Source: Alphaproteobacteria bacterium (GTDB lineage: Bacteria > Pseudomonadota > Alphaproteobacteria > UBA828). From it: 64,000 bases of DNA. The notes under the pieces were generated by a model. That model was not told the DNA's origin. It saw nothing but the letters and a program-made list of their open reading frames with translations, and searched no databases. The translations under genes were made by a program, and so were the position numbers. Positions 1-9,600 of this stretch are shown here, piece by piece (the first letter of the stretch is position 1; the number at the start of each line of letters is the position of its first letter). The stretch is from NCBI GenBank assembly GCA_965237415.1, contig CBDEFM010000002.1, positions 576,001 through 640,000 on the forward strand, given 5' to 3'.

Positions 1-71
1 GGCAGCGACAATCAGCCGCGCTGGCCGACCAACCGCTAGAGCGGCCGGCCAAGCGGGAAGAGGAGGCCGCC

Positions 72-872
72 ATGACCCGCCCCGTGCGCATCGCGGAGAT
101 CAACTGGACCGAGTACGACCGGCGGGTGCGGGAAGAGCAGCCCGTGGTGATCCTCCCGGTCGGCTCATTGGAGCAGCACGGGCCGCATCTGCCCATGAAC
201 TGCGATGCCGTGATCCCCACCGCGCTCGCCGAGCGGGTCGCGGCACGCACGGGCGATCTGGTCGCGCCCACCTTCTGTTACGGCTACAAGTCGCAGCCCA
301 AGTCGGGCGGCGGCAACCACTTCCCCGGCACCACCAGCCTCGACGGCGAGACCCTGATCCGCATGACACGCGACATCGTTTGCGAGTTCGCCCGCCACGG
401 CGTGCGCCGCATGACGGTGGTCGACGGCCACTACGAGAACAACATGTTCCTGGTGGAAGGCATCGACCTCGCGCTGCGTGAGCTAAGGCGGGATGGCGTC
501 CACGACATGCGCATCGCCAAGATTCCTTACTGGGAATATGTCACCGAGGAGACGATGCAGGCCGCCTGGCCCGATGGCTTCCCCGGATGGCCGCTCGAAC
601 ATGCGGGGCTGATGGAAACCTCGGTCATGCTTCACCTGCATCCCGCGCTTGTGGACATGACGCAGGCGCCCGATCATCCGCCGGCCGACTTCCCGCTCTA
701 CGACATCTACCCGACGGACACCTCCCGGGTGCCCTGGACCGGCGCGCTCTCGCCCTCCGTCGCCGCGACGGCGGAGAAAGGCGAGCGATTCGTCGCCGAC
801 TACGTGGACGGCATGACCGACGCAATCATCGATATTTTCGGGTCGAGGCGGCGCGACATCGCGGCCGAATAG
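72..872 (+). CDS. crnA: Creatininase (creatinine amidohydrolase)
   Basis: Motifs PVGSLEQHGPHLP, D-x-x-I-P, SGGGNHFPGTTSL, DGHYEN and EHAGLMETS; SD AGGAGG upstream. Confidence 0.9.
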   Translation: MTRPVRIAEINWTEYDRRVREEQPVVILPVGSLEQHGPHLPMNCDAVIPTALAERVAARTGDLVAPTFCYGYKSQPKSGGGNHFPGTTSLDGETLIRMTRDIVCEFARHGVRRMTVVDGHYENNMFLVEGIDLALRELRRDGVHDMRIAKIPYWEYVTEETMQAAWPDGFPGWPLEHAGLMETSVMLHLHPALVDMTQAPDHPPADFPLYDIYPTDTSRVPWTGALSPSVAATAEKGERFVADYVDGMTDAIIDIFGSRRRDIAAE

Positions 873-889
873 GGGAGGGGACGTCAGCC

Positions 890-1849
890 ATGAGCGAGGG
901 TTTCTACGAGCCGGTGAGCGGCATGGACATGCCGCGCTTCAGCGCGATGCCGACCTTCATGCGGCTGCCCCATGTCACGGATTTCTCGGCCGTGGACATC
1001 GCGCTGGTCGGCGTGCCCTGGGATAACGGCACCACCAACCGCGCCGGCGCCCGCCACGGCCCGCGCGAGATCCGCAACATGTCGAGCCTGATGCGGCGCA
1101 CCCATCACACGCTCGGCATCTGCCCCTACGAGCTTTGCCGGGTCGCCGACTGCGGCGATGCGAGCGTCAACCCGATCGATCTGAACGACACGATCGGTCG
1201 CGTCGAGCGCTTCTTCACCGCGCTGCACGAGGCCGGCGCGGTGCCGCTCTCGGCCGGCGGCGACCACCTCATCACGCTCCCGGTCATGCGAGCCATCGCC
1301 AGGGACCGACCCCTCGGCCTGATCCATTTCGATGCTCACTCAGACACGTGGGACAGCTATTTCGGCGGCTTCAAGATCACGCATGGCACGCTCTTCCGCC
1401 GCGCCGTTGAGGAGGGGCTGCTCGACCCGAAGCGGACCATCCAGATCGGCATACGCGGTTCGGTCTACGACCTCCACGACATGGACTTCGCGCACGACTC
1501 GGGGATGCGCGTCATCACCATCGAGGAGTATTTCGATCTCGGCTGGGAGAAGGTGGTGGCCGAGGCCCGCGCCGTCGTCGGCGACGGCCCGACCTACATC
1601 AGCTTCGACGTGGACGGGCTCGATCCGGTCTATGCGCCGGGCACCGGCACGCCCGAGATCGGTGGCTTTTCGACCTACGAGGCGCAGCGCATGTTGCGCG
1701 GTGCGCGCGGCCTGAATCTGGTTGGCGGCGACGTGGTTGAGGTCGCACCTCCCTTCGACCCCAGCGGCAACACGGCGCTGGTGGGGGCCACCATGATGTT
1801 CGAAATCCTGTGCGTGCTGGCTGAGGCGGTGGCCGCCGCCAAACGCTGA
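890..1849 (+). CDS. Ureohydrolase (agmatinase / guanidinopropionase GpuA-like)
   Basis: GGDHL, HFDAHSD, SFDVDGLDP and PGTGTPEIGG Mn-binding motifs; ATG at 890 after GGGGAGGGG (ORF track start 587 is an over-extension). Confidence 0.9.
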   Translation: MSEGFYEPVSGMDMPRFSAMPTFMRLPHVTDFSAVDIALVGVPWDNGTTNRAGARHGPREIRNMSSLMRRTHHTLGICPYELCRVADCGDASVNPIDLNDTIGRVERFFTALHEAGAVPLSAGGDHLITLPVMRAIARDRPLGLIHFDAHSDTWDSYFGGFKITHGTLFRRAVEEGLLDPKRTIQIGIRGSVYDLHDMDFAHDSGMRVITIEEYFDLGWEKVVAEARAVVGDGPTYISFDVDGLDPVYAPGTGTPEIGGFSTYEAQRMLRGARGLNLVGGDVVEVAPPFDPSGNTALVGATMMFEILCVLAEAVAAAKR

Positions 1850-1863
1850 CAAGGGAGGGGACG

Positions 1864-2334
1864 ATGAACGACGAAACCTACATGCGGCGGGCGATCGCGC
1901 TCTGCGAAGTGAAGATGGCGGCCGGCGAAGGCGGCTACTGCGCGACGATCATCGTGCGCGACGGCGAGATGATCGGCGAGGGCTGGAACAATGTTGCCGA
2001 GAACCACGACGCCACCGGCCATTGCGAAATCAACGCCATCCGCGACGCCGGCAAGCGTACGGGAAACTGGGACCTCTCCGGCTCGGTGCTCTACACGACG
2101 TGGGAGCCCTGCGTCATGTGCGCCGCGGCGATCTGGTGGGCGCGGATCGATCGGGTGTTCTACGGCAATCTCCTCTCCCAAGCAGCCGAACTCGGTATCG
2201 ACATCAGCGAGCTGGAGACCGAGGTCGCGACTTCGAGCGAGCAGCGCAGCCGCCCCTACCGGCGACTGCTGGGCGATGAAACCTTCGCCATGTTCAAGGC
2301 ATGGTGGGACAGCGGGGACCGCACCACGATCTAA
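1864..2334 (+). CDS. Zn-dependent nucleoside/nucleobase deaminase (CDA/TadA fold, guanine-deaminase-like)
   Basis: HCE (HAE variant) and EPCVMC motifs; SD GGGAGGG. Confidence 0.85.
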   Translation: MNDETYMRRAIALCEVKMAAGEGGYCATIIVRDGEMIGEGWNNVAENHDATGHCEINAIRDAGKRTGNWDLSGSVLYTTWEPCVMCAAAIWWARIDRVFYGNLLSQAAELGIDISELETEVATSSEQRSRPYRRLLGDETFAMFKAWWDSGDRTTI

Positions 2335-2340
2335 TGGCGC

Positions 2341-2369
2341 TTGCACCGCTGAAGCGAGCGCGCCATATA
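2341..2369 (+). promoter_or_regulatory. Sigma70-type promoter for the small ORF/sRNA unit
   Basis: TTGCAC (2341-2346), 17-nt spacer, CATATA (2364-2369), resembling the alphaproteobacterial RpoD consensus. Confidence 0.55.
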
Positions 2370-2403
2370 CGAAATGTCGTCAACAACGAAAGGAGGTGAT
2401 CCA

Positions 2404-2478
2404 ATGTGTGACAGTCGTAAACCGCGATCGGCGGTCACCGTGATCTGGGTCTCCCCCTGCGATGGGGCCCACGGCTGA
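2404..2478 (+). CDS. 24-aa small ORF (MCDSRKPRSAVTVIWVSPCDGAHG) within a structured transcript; possible dual-function sRNA
   Basis: ATG immediately follows GAAAGGAGGTGATCCA; upstream promoter and downstream hairpin. Confidence 0.5.
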   Translation: MCDSRKPRSAVTVIWVSPCDGAHG

Positions 2479-2514
2479 CGGTGACGACGCGATCTGCGGA
2501 TCGCGGATTGACAG

Positions 2515-2545
2515 GGAAGGGCCGCCCGATGCGGGCGGCCCTTCC
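2515..2545 (+). terminator. Strong GC-rich hairpin (terminator or stabiliser)
   Basis: Perfect 14-bp stem GGAAGGGCCGCCCG-ATG-CGGGCGGCCCTTCC; no clear U tail. Confidence 0.6.
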
Positions 2546-2589
2546 AACGTTACGGGTGCGCGCGCGGGGCGCTAGCCCTGGCGGCTCGC

Positions 2590-3129
2590 ATGATCGAGGG
2601 TGTGCCGGAGGTCGCCGCGACGGGCGTGATTCCCGCAGGATTCTGGCGGCGCGTGGCGGCGTGGGTCATCGACGGCATCCTCGTGATGGTGAGCTTCTTC
2701 ATCGTTGGGATTTACCTCTGGCCCGATCTGGTGGAGACCACGACGCTCGTCTCCCAGGTCGATGGTGCGCGGTTGGAAACCGTGCGCTACGCACCGACCA
2801 TGCTAGGCACTGCGGTTCTCGGCATCGCCTTCTGGGCCTACGTGGCGCTCCAGGAATGCGGGCCGGCCCAGGCGACCCTCGGCAAGCGGATGCTGCGGCT
2901 GCAGGTCACGGGGCTTGACGGCGCGCGCGCCTCGCTACTCACGGCAAGCTTCCGCAGCTGGCCGCGCTGGCTGCCGGGGATTCTCGGGGTCATCGGCATT
3001 CTCGATGCCATCGGAGGCCTTGCCGCCCTTGCCGCTTGTATCGCTGTCGCCTTCACCCGACGCAAACAGGGGCTGCACGACATGATGGCACGGTGCCTGG
3101 TGGTGCGCCGGCCGCCGCCTGTCCTATGA
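2590..3129 (+). CDS. RDD family membrane protein
   Basis: AGFWRRVAAWVID, QATLGKRML and QGLHDMMA motifs with TM segments. Confidence 0.88.
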   Translation: MIEGVPEVAATGVIPAGFWRRVAAWVIDGILVMVSFFIVGIYLWPDLVETTTLVSQVDGARLETVRYAPTMLGTAVLGIAFWAYVALQECGPAQATLGKRMLRLQVTGLDGARASLLTASFRSWPRWLPGILGVIGILDAIGGLAALAACIAVAFTRRKQGLHDMMARCLVVRRPPPVL

Positions 3130-3222
3130 GGAGCGCGCGGAGGGTACTCGCACCGGCTGGGCTTTTGCGCCATGATCGCGCGCCGGCGGGGCGGGGAGCC
3201 GGCTGGGGCAGGGGGCGAAGAG

Positions 3223-4152
3223 ATGGCCGCTGAGCGCGCGAACGAGCGGGTCTGCTACTTCAACGGAGAGATCGTGCCGGAAAGCCGGGCCGTGGTCTCC
3301 TTCCGCGACAGGAGCTTTCGTTACGGCGATGGGGCCTTTGACACGACCCGCACCTTCGGGCACCGCATCTTCAAGCTCGAAGAGCATATCGTGCGCTTCT
3401 ACAAGACGCTTCGCTATCTGCGGATCGACCCCGGAATGGCGCCGTCGGAGATGAAGCGCCACACGGAGGAGGTCCTCGCCCGCAATCTCCACCTGCTCGG
3501 GCCGGACGAGGATTATTGGGTCTTCCAGCGCATCTCCCGCGGCCTGGAGCCGGCGGGCGGCGATGTCCACGGCGCGACCGACCCGGTGCTCATCATCGAT
3601 TGCACACCGCTTCCGATTCCCCAACGCGCCCACTACTTCCGCGACGGGATTCCGCTGATGGTTCCATCGACCCGCCGTGCGGCACCGGATTCGCTCTCCC
3701 CCAGGGCGAAGACCCACAACTATCTCAATCTGTTCGTAGGCAACGACGAGGTCCGCCGCCGCGACCCCAATGCCTGGGCGCTGTTCCTCGACCACAACGG
3801 CAATCTCTGCGAGGGCGTCGGCTCCAATATCTTCCTCATCACTGACGGCGTGCTCTACACGCCGCAGGACCGCTACGTGCTCAACGGCATCAGCCGCGAG
3901 ACCGCGCTGGAGCTTGCGGCGGAAGCGGACATCGAGGTGGTGAAGTGCGATCTCGACCTCTTCGATGCCCACGGCGCCGACGAAGCCTTCATCACCTCCA
4001 CGAGCTTCTGCGTCTGCCCGGTCGCGACCATCAACGATGTGTCCTTCGGTGAGCGGGGGATCCCCGGTCCGGTGACGGAGCGGCTGATGACGCTCTACTG
4101 CGAGTTGATCGGCTTCGATTTCGTGGCCCAATACCTCAAGCACCTGCACTAG
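3223..4152 (+). CDS. Class IV PLP aminotransferase (branched-chain / D-amino-acid aminotransferase family)
   Basis: YGDGAFDTTR, catalytic Lys in RAKTHNYLN, EGVGSNIF, LNGISR, ADEAFITST. Confidence 0.9.
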   Translation: MAAERANERVCYFNGEIVPESRAVVSFRDRSFRYGDGAFDTTRTFGHRIFKLEEHIVRFYKTLRYLRIDPGMAPSEMKRHTEEVLARNLHLLGPDEDYWVFQRISRGLEPAGGDVHGATDPVLIIDCTPLPIPQRAHYFRDGIPLMVPSTRRAAPDSLSPRAKTHNYLNLFVGNDEVRRRDPNAWALFLDHNGNLCEGVGSNIFLITDGVLYTPQDRYVLNGISRETALELAAEADIEVVKCDLDLFDAHGADEAFITSTSFCVCPVATINDVSFGERGIPGPVTERLMTLYCELIGFDFVAQYLKHLH

Positions 4153-4164
4153 GAGACCGCCCTC

Positions 4165-5133
4165 ATGCTTGAGATCGTCAAGCCGGGCCTCGAGACCAGT
4201 ATCCAGGATTTCCCCGGCCGCATCGGTTACTGGAACCAAGGGTTCCCGCCCTCCGGCCCGTTGGACATGTGGTCCTTCCGCCTCGCCAATCTGGTGGTCG
4301 GCAACGACGAGGGCGCGCCGGGGCTGGAGGCCCAGTTCATGGGGCCGACCATCCGCTTCGAGCGCAGCGGCGTGATCGCGATGACCGGGGCCAACATGCG
4401 CCCGATCCTCGACGGTCAGCCGCTGCCGATGTGGGAGAGTGTCGCGGTGGACGCAGGGCAAACGCTCGTGATGGGACCGGCCGTCGCCGGCGCTCGCGGT
4501 TACCTGGCGGTGGCCGGTGGCATCGATGCGCCGGAGTGGCTCGGCTCGGCGTCGACCTTCCACAAGGCCGGCGTCGGTGGGTTGGACGGCCACGCGGTGC
4601 AGGCGGGGCAGGTGCTCCCGGTGAAGGAGGCCGCAGGCACGCCGGGCCGGCGGGTCGCGGAGCGCGCGCGGCCGACATTTCCGGGAGGAAAGACCTGGGA
4701 AGTCGAGGCGGTGCGGGGGCCCAACGACGACTGGATCGACGACGCCGGTCACGAGCGCTTCACCGAGACGGCGTGGCTGCTCGAGGCGCGGAGCGACCGC
4801 ACCGGCTATCGGCTCAGGGGGCCGGACTGGACCTTCACCGAGAAGGCCACCGACAAGCTGCCGGAGCACGGCGACTTCCCGTCCAACATCATCGACCAGG
4901 GCTATCCGCTGGGCGCGGTCAACCTGGGAGGCCAGACCCCCATCATCCTGATGAACGACGGTCCCAGTATGGGCGGCTTCATCTGCCCCTACACGGTGCC
5001 GTCCGCCGCCTTCTGGAAGCTCGGTCAGATGAAGCCTAACGAGTCCATCAAGTTCCGCGAGGTTTCGGTGGGGGAGGCGCAGGAGTTGCGTTTTACCCTC
5101 GACGAGGCCTGCACGCGGGGCAGCATCGAATAA
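4165..5133 (+). CDS. Biotin-dependent carboxyltransferase CT-A/B subunit (AHS2/KipA/PxpC family, urea-carboxylase-like)
   Basis: QDFPGRIGYW..GFPPSGPLD, SDRTGYRL, PSNIID, DGPSMGGF. Confidence 0.88.
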   Translation: MLEIVKPGLETSIQDFPGRIGYWNQGFPPSGPLDMWSFRLANLVVGNDEGAPGLEAQFMGPTIRFERSGVIAMTGANMRPILDGQPLPMWESVAVDAGQTLVMGPAVAGARGYLAVAGGIDAPEWLGSASTFHKAGVGGLDGHAVQAGQVLPVKEAAGTPGRRVAERARPTFPGGKTWEVEAVRGPNDDWIDDAGHERFTETAWLLEARSDRTGYRLRGPDWTFTEKATDKLPEHGDFPSNIIDQGYPLGAVNLGGQTPIILMNDGPSMGGFICPYTVPSAAFWKLGQMKPNESIKFREVSVGEAQELRFTLDEACTRGSIE

Positions 5134-5146
5134 GGGAGGCCAGTTC

Positions 5147-5362
5147 ATGGCGGAGGAGGTTCTGACCCAGGCGCCGGGCAACGTGTGGAAGGTCCTGGTG
5201 AAAGAGGGCGATTCGGTCAAGGCGGGCGATACGCTGTTCATCCTCGAAGTGATGAAGACCGAGGTGCCTCACGACGCCGAGAGCAACGGCGTGATCAAGA
5301 CGCTCCATATCAAGGAGGAAGACGCCGTCGACGTGGGCCAGCTCGCGGTGGAGATCGAGTAG
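5147..5362 (+). CDS. Stand-alone biotin carboxyl carrier protein
   Basis: 71 aa with PGNVWKVLVKEGD and biotinylation motif ILEVMKTE; SD GGGAGG. Confidence 0.88.
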   Translation: MAEEVLTQAPGNVWKVLVKEGDSVKAGDTLFILEVMKTEVPHDAESNGVIKTLHIKEEDAVDVGQLAVEIE

Positions 5363-5399
5363 ACCGCGCACGGCAGGCGCCGGCCGCAGGGAGCGGGCA

Positions 5400-6650
5400 A
5401 TGCGCGTCCTGGTGCTCGGCGCCGGGGTCGTCGGCACCGCGGCCGCCTACTTCCTGAACGAGGCCGGCCACGACGTCACCGCGGTGGAGCGGCAGGCCGG
5501 TGCCGGCCTGGAGACCAGCTTCGCCAACGGGGGGATCGTAGGGGCATACAGCTCCCGGCCCTGGGCGCACCCCGAAGTGCCCCGCATGTTGATCAAGTGG
5601 TTCGGGCGCGAGGATGCGCCCTACCTGTTCCGTCTTCGCCCCGACCTCGCCCAGTGGCGCTGGGCCGTGAACTTTCTGCGCCATTGCACGCGGGCGCATT
5701 TCGAGCGCTCCCAGCAGGTCTCACTCAGGCTTTCGACGTACAGCTACGACTGTCTCAAGGCGCTGCGCGAGAAGGAGGGGCTCGCCTACGACCAGCGCGC
5801 CAAGGGGGTTCTGCACCTCTACCGCGATTCCGCGTCGCTGGATGCGTCCTACAAGTACGAGACGCGGATGGCGGACGTCCGCTTCCATCCCGAGCGCCTC
5901 GACCGGGACGAAATGCTCGACGCCGAGCCTGCGCTGCAGCAGACGGCGGATCAGTTCGCGGGCGCGATCTTCTTCGCGAACGACGAATCGGGCGATGCGC
6001 ACAAGTTCACGGCGGCCCTAGCTGCGACCGCGGCCGCGAACGGCGTGACCTTCCGCTATGGCGAGACGGTGCGGCGGCTGACCGGCGATCGCCGGCGCGT
6101 GACCGGCGCGGAGACCGACAAGGGCGCCATCGAGGCCGATGCGGTGGTGATGAGCCTCGCGAGCTACAGCCCGCCATTTCTCAAGCGTCTCGGTTTGCGG
6201 GCGCCGATCTATCCGCTCAAGGGCTATTCGGTGACCATTCCCACCGCGGGCTACAACGGCGCGCCGACCCGCGCCATTCACGACGGCCACCGGCGCATCG
6301 TGATGAGCCGGCTCGGCGATCGGCTCCGCTGCGCCGGCACCGCCGAACTCGACGGCCACAACGCGACCATCCGCGCCGATCGTGCCACCGCGACGCTGGA
6401 CGCGGCGATGGCGGTCTTCCCGAGTTGCGGCGACCGAGCCAAGGCCGAGCGCTGGATAGGCTTCAGGCCGATGACGCCCGATTGCCTGCCGATCATCGGC
6501 AAGACCCGGATCCCCGGTCTCTACATGGACACCGGCCACGGCAGCACCGGCTGGACCTACTCGTCCGGCTCCGGGCGCCTCATCGCCGACATCGTCTCGG
6601 GCCGCGAGCCCGAGATCGACATGACAGGCCTCTCTCCGGACCGCTTCTAG
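5400..6650 (+). CDS. dadA: D-amino acid dehydrogenase (FAD-dependent)
   Basis: VLGAGVVG Rossmann motif, ETSFANGG, IYPLKGYS, GFRPMTPD, TGHG..GWT. Confidence 0.88.
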   Translation: MRVLVLGAGVVGTAAAYFLNEAGHDVTAVERQAGAGLETSFANGGIVGAYSSRPWAHPEVPRMLIKWFGREDAPYLFRLRPDLAQWRWAVNFLRHCTRAHFERSQQVSLRLSTYSYDCLKALREKEGLAYDQRAKGVLHLYRDSASLDASYKYETRMADVRFHPERLDRDEMLDAEPALQQTADQFAGAIFFANDESGDAHKFTAALAATAAANGVTFRYGETVRRLTGDRRRVTGAETDKGAIEADAVVMSLASYSPPFLKRLGLRAPIYPLKGYSVTIPTAGYNGAPTRAIHDGHRRIVMSRLGDRLRCAGTAELDGHNATIRADRATATLDAAMAVFPSCGDRAKAERWIGFRPMTPDCLPIIGKTRIPGLYMDTGHGSTGWTYSSGSGRLIADIVSGREPEIDMTGLSPDRF

Positions 6651-6692
6651 CGGCTTCGCGTCCGGTGCGCTGGCCGTGCCGGCCGGCGCGGG

Positions 6693-9600
6693 TCAGGCCC
6701 CGCCGTTGCCGAGCAGGCGATCGAAGTGGCTCGCGGTGCGGGCCGTCGTCTCGCGCATCGCCTCCTTGAGGGAATCGATGCCGCTCACGTCGCAGGCGCG
6801 CTCGATCACGGCGAGCAGTGCCGGTGGCGCCGTCGCCTCGACGAAGCGCTCCTCCACCGTCAGGCTCAGGATGCCGTGCAGGTTGTTCCACAGCGTGGCC
6901 GCGTCGGCGAGCTCCCGCGCCGTCTCCGCTTCGATTAATCCGTGGCTGGCGGCAGCCTCGAAGACGGAAATCGAATCACCAGCGAGAATGTCCTCGGTCT
7001 CCGCAGCATGCAGCAGTTGCAGGTACTGCGCGATGTACTCGACGTCGATCAAACCGCCGCGCTTCTGCTCGATCGCCCAGATCTCCTCGCCGGGGTCATC
7101 GTCACGCCGATCCTCACGCAAACCGACGAGTTGGGCGGCGAGGTCGTCGCGCTCACGCTGTTGCCTGAGGATGGCGCGGCGCGCCTCCTCGAAGCGCTGG
7201 CCCAGATCGCCCTCCGCCCAGACCACTCGCGCGCGGGTGAGCGCCTGATGCTGCCAGGCCGGGACGCCTGCGCTAAAATGCTCGATGAAGGACTCGAGCG
7301 AGGTGACGATCGGCCCGGCATTGCCCGAAGGACGCGGGCGCATGTCCACGTCGTAGAGCGTGCCCTCCGCCGTCGCCGCCCGGATCGCGGCGATGAAGCG
7401 CCGGCTGAGCTGCCCGTAGTAGCGGTCAGGCCTGAGTGCCTTGCGTCCGTCGGATTCCTGAGCGTTGGGCGGGTGATCGTAGACGAGGACGAGGTCGAGC
7501 GGCGCGGTCACCGTCATCTGTCGGCTGCCGAGGCGGCCGAGCGCGACCACGGCAAAGCGGCCGCCGGGGATATGGCCGTGCGTGGCGGCGAAGGCCTCGG
7601 CGACAACCGGCAGTGCGGCGCCGAGGCAGGCATCGGCGATATCGGAGAGCGTGATCGCGGCCTCGACCGGGAAGAGAAGCCCGCGCAGCATGTGCACGCC
7701 GATGTGGAAAATCTTGTCGTTGGCCCAGCGCCTCTCGGCATCGAGGAAGTCCTGCAGGTCCCGTGCGTGAAGCGCCACGTCGGCGAGTTCGGCCTTCATT
7801 TCCACCGTGCCGAACTCTCGCTGGTAGAACACGCGTACGAGCCCTCGGCGCGCCATGGTCGCGAGCTCGGGCCCCAGTTCGTCGGCGTCCGGCACGTCCA
7901 GGTCGGAGAACTCGCGGCTGAGCACGCTGTCGAGCAGCATCGGCCGGTGTTCCAGCCAATTCGCGAGACGGGGCGCCGAACCCATGATCTCCGTAATCAG
8001 GTCGAACAGCTCGGGGTGCGCCGCGAACATGGAAAAGAGGTGGGAGCCTGCCGGTAGGCGGGCGAGAAAGCCGTCGAAGAGTGCGAGCGCCGAATCGGGG
8101 TCCGGCCAGGCGGCGAAGACGTCCAGGATCGTCGGCAGCAACTCGGCCAGTCGATCGCGGGCCTCCTCGCCGCGCACGGCGCGGTAGCGACCCTCGTGCC
8201 AGGCCCGCAGCGTCTCGAACGCTCGCTCCGGGTGCGCATAGCCCATGGCCGCGAGGGTCTCCAGCGTGGCATCGCCGTCGCCCCCGGCGCTGATATCGAG
8301 GGTGCCTTCCGTCGCAAGCGCTGGCTCGTCCTCGAAGAGGGACGTGTAGTGGCGCTCCACCGTCCGCAGATGGCCGAGCAACACGTCGGAGAATGCATCA
8401 ACCGCGTCGAAGCCGAGGAAGGTGGCGACCTGTGCCACGCCCTCGTCATCGTCCGGCATGCTGTGAGTCTGGCGGTCGTCCGCCATTTGCAACCGGTGCT
8501 CGACGGTGCGGTGGAAGGTGTAGGCCTCCATCAGCTCGTCCACCGCCTGCCGGCGCACATGGCCGGCGGCGACGAGACCGTCGAAGGCCTCCCGCGTACC
8601 GCGCACCCGGAGCGTCGGGTCGCGCCCGCCCCAGATGAGCTGCTGGGTTTGCGCGAGGAATTCGATCTCGCGGATGCCACCGCGCCCGAGCTTGATGTTG
8701 TGCCCGGCGACGGCGACCTGACCGCCGCCGCGATGGGCGTCGATCTGGCGCTTAATCGCGCGGATGTTCTGGATGGCGGCAAAGTCGAGATGGCGTCGCC
8801 AGATGAAGGGTTGCAGCCGGTCCAGGAAGCCCGCTCCGGCCTCGATGTCGCCGGCCACGGGCTTCGCCTTGATCATGGCGGCGCGTTCCCAGTTCTCGCC
8901 GGTGGTCGCGTAATAAGCCTCGGCGGCGCGGACCGAGAGGGCGGCCGCGGTCGAGCCGGGGTCGGGGCGCAGCCGCAGGTCGGTGCGGAACACGTAACCG
9001 TCTGCCGTCCGCTCGTCCATAATCGTGACCAGGTTGCGGGCGAGCCGGGCGAAGATCTGCTGCAGCCCGTCGCCGCTCGGGTCGGCGGCGATCTCCTCGT
9101 CAAAGAGGACGATGATGTCGACGTCGCTGGAATAGTTGAGCTCGCCGGCGCCGAGCTTGCCCATGCCGAGGATGATGAGGCCGGAGCCCTGTTCCGGAGC
9201 CTCCGGGTCGGGCAGGGCGAGCTTGCCCCGATCGTGCAGGGCGCGTAGCAGGTGGGCACAGACGGCGCTCAGCGTCACGCAAGCGATATCCGAGAGCGCG
9301 CCGGTCACGCGCTCCAACGGCCATACAGAAGCGATGTCGGCCATGCCGATGGCGAGGCTCGCGCGGCGCTTCGCGACGCGGAGGCGCTTCATGACCTGCT
9401 GCCGCGTTTCGTCGCCTAAGACACTGGTATCCACCGCCATCTCGCGGGCGGCGCCGTAGGCGGCCTCGGGCCCCTGCTCGATCAGCAGGCGGGCAAACCC
9501 CTGGTCGGCAGTCAGGCAATGACTGAGGTAGCGGCTGTTACCGAACAGCGCGCTCAACAGCGCGTTGGTGGATGCATCGCTCTCACACGCCTCGGCAAAG

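Noticed and set aside
2388-2403. Possible 16S rRNA gene fragment on the minus strand
   Set aside because: The match stops at 16 nt and the flanks do not continue as 16S sequence; better read as an extended SD
3124-5241. 705-aa minus-strand ORF, and similar long shadow ORFs (25412-27322, 31802-33703, 34374-36266, 17312-18517)
   Set aside because: Antisense to well-supported genes; expected from high-GC codon bias; no family motifs
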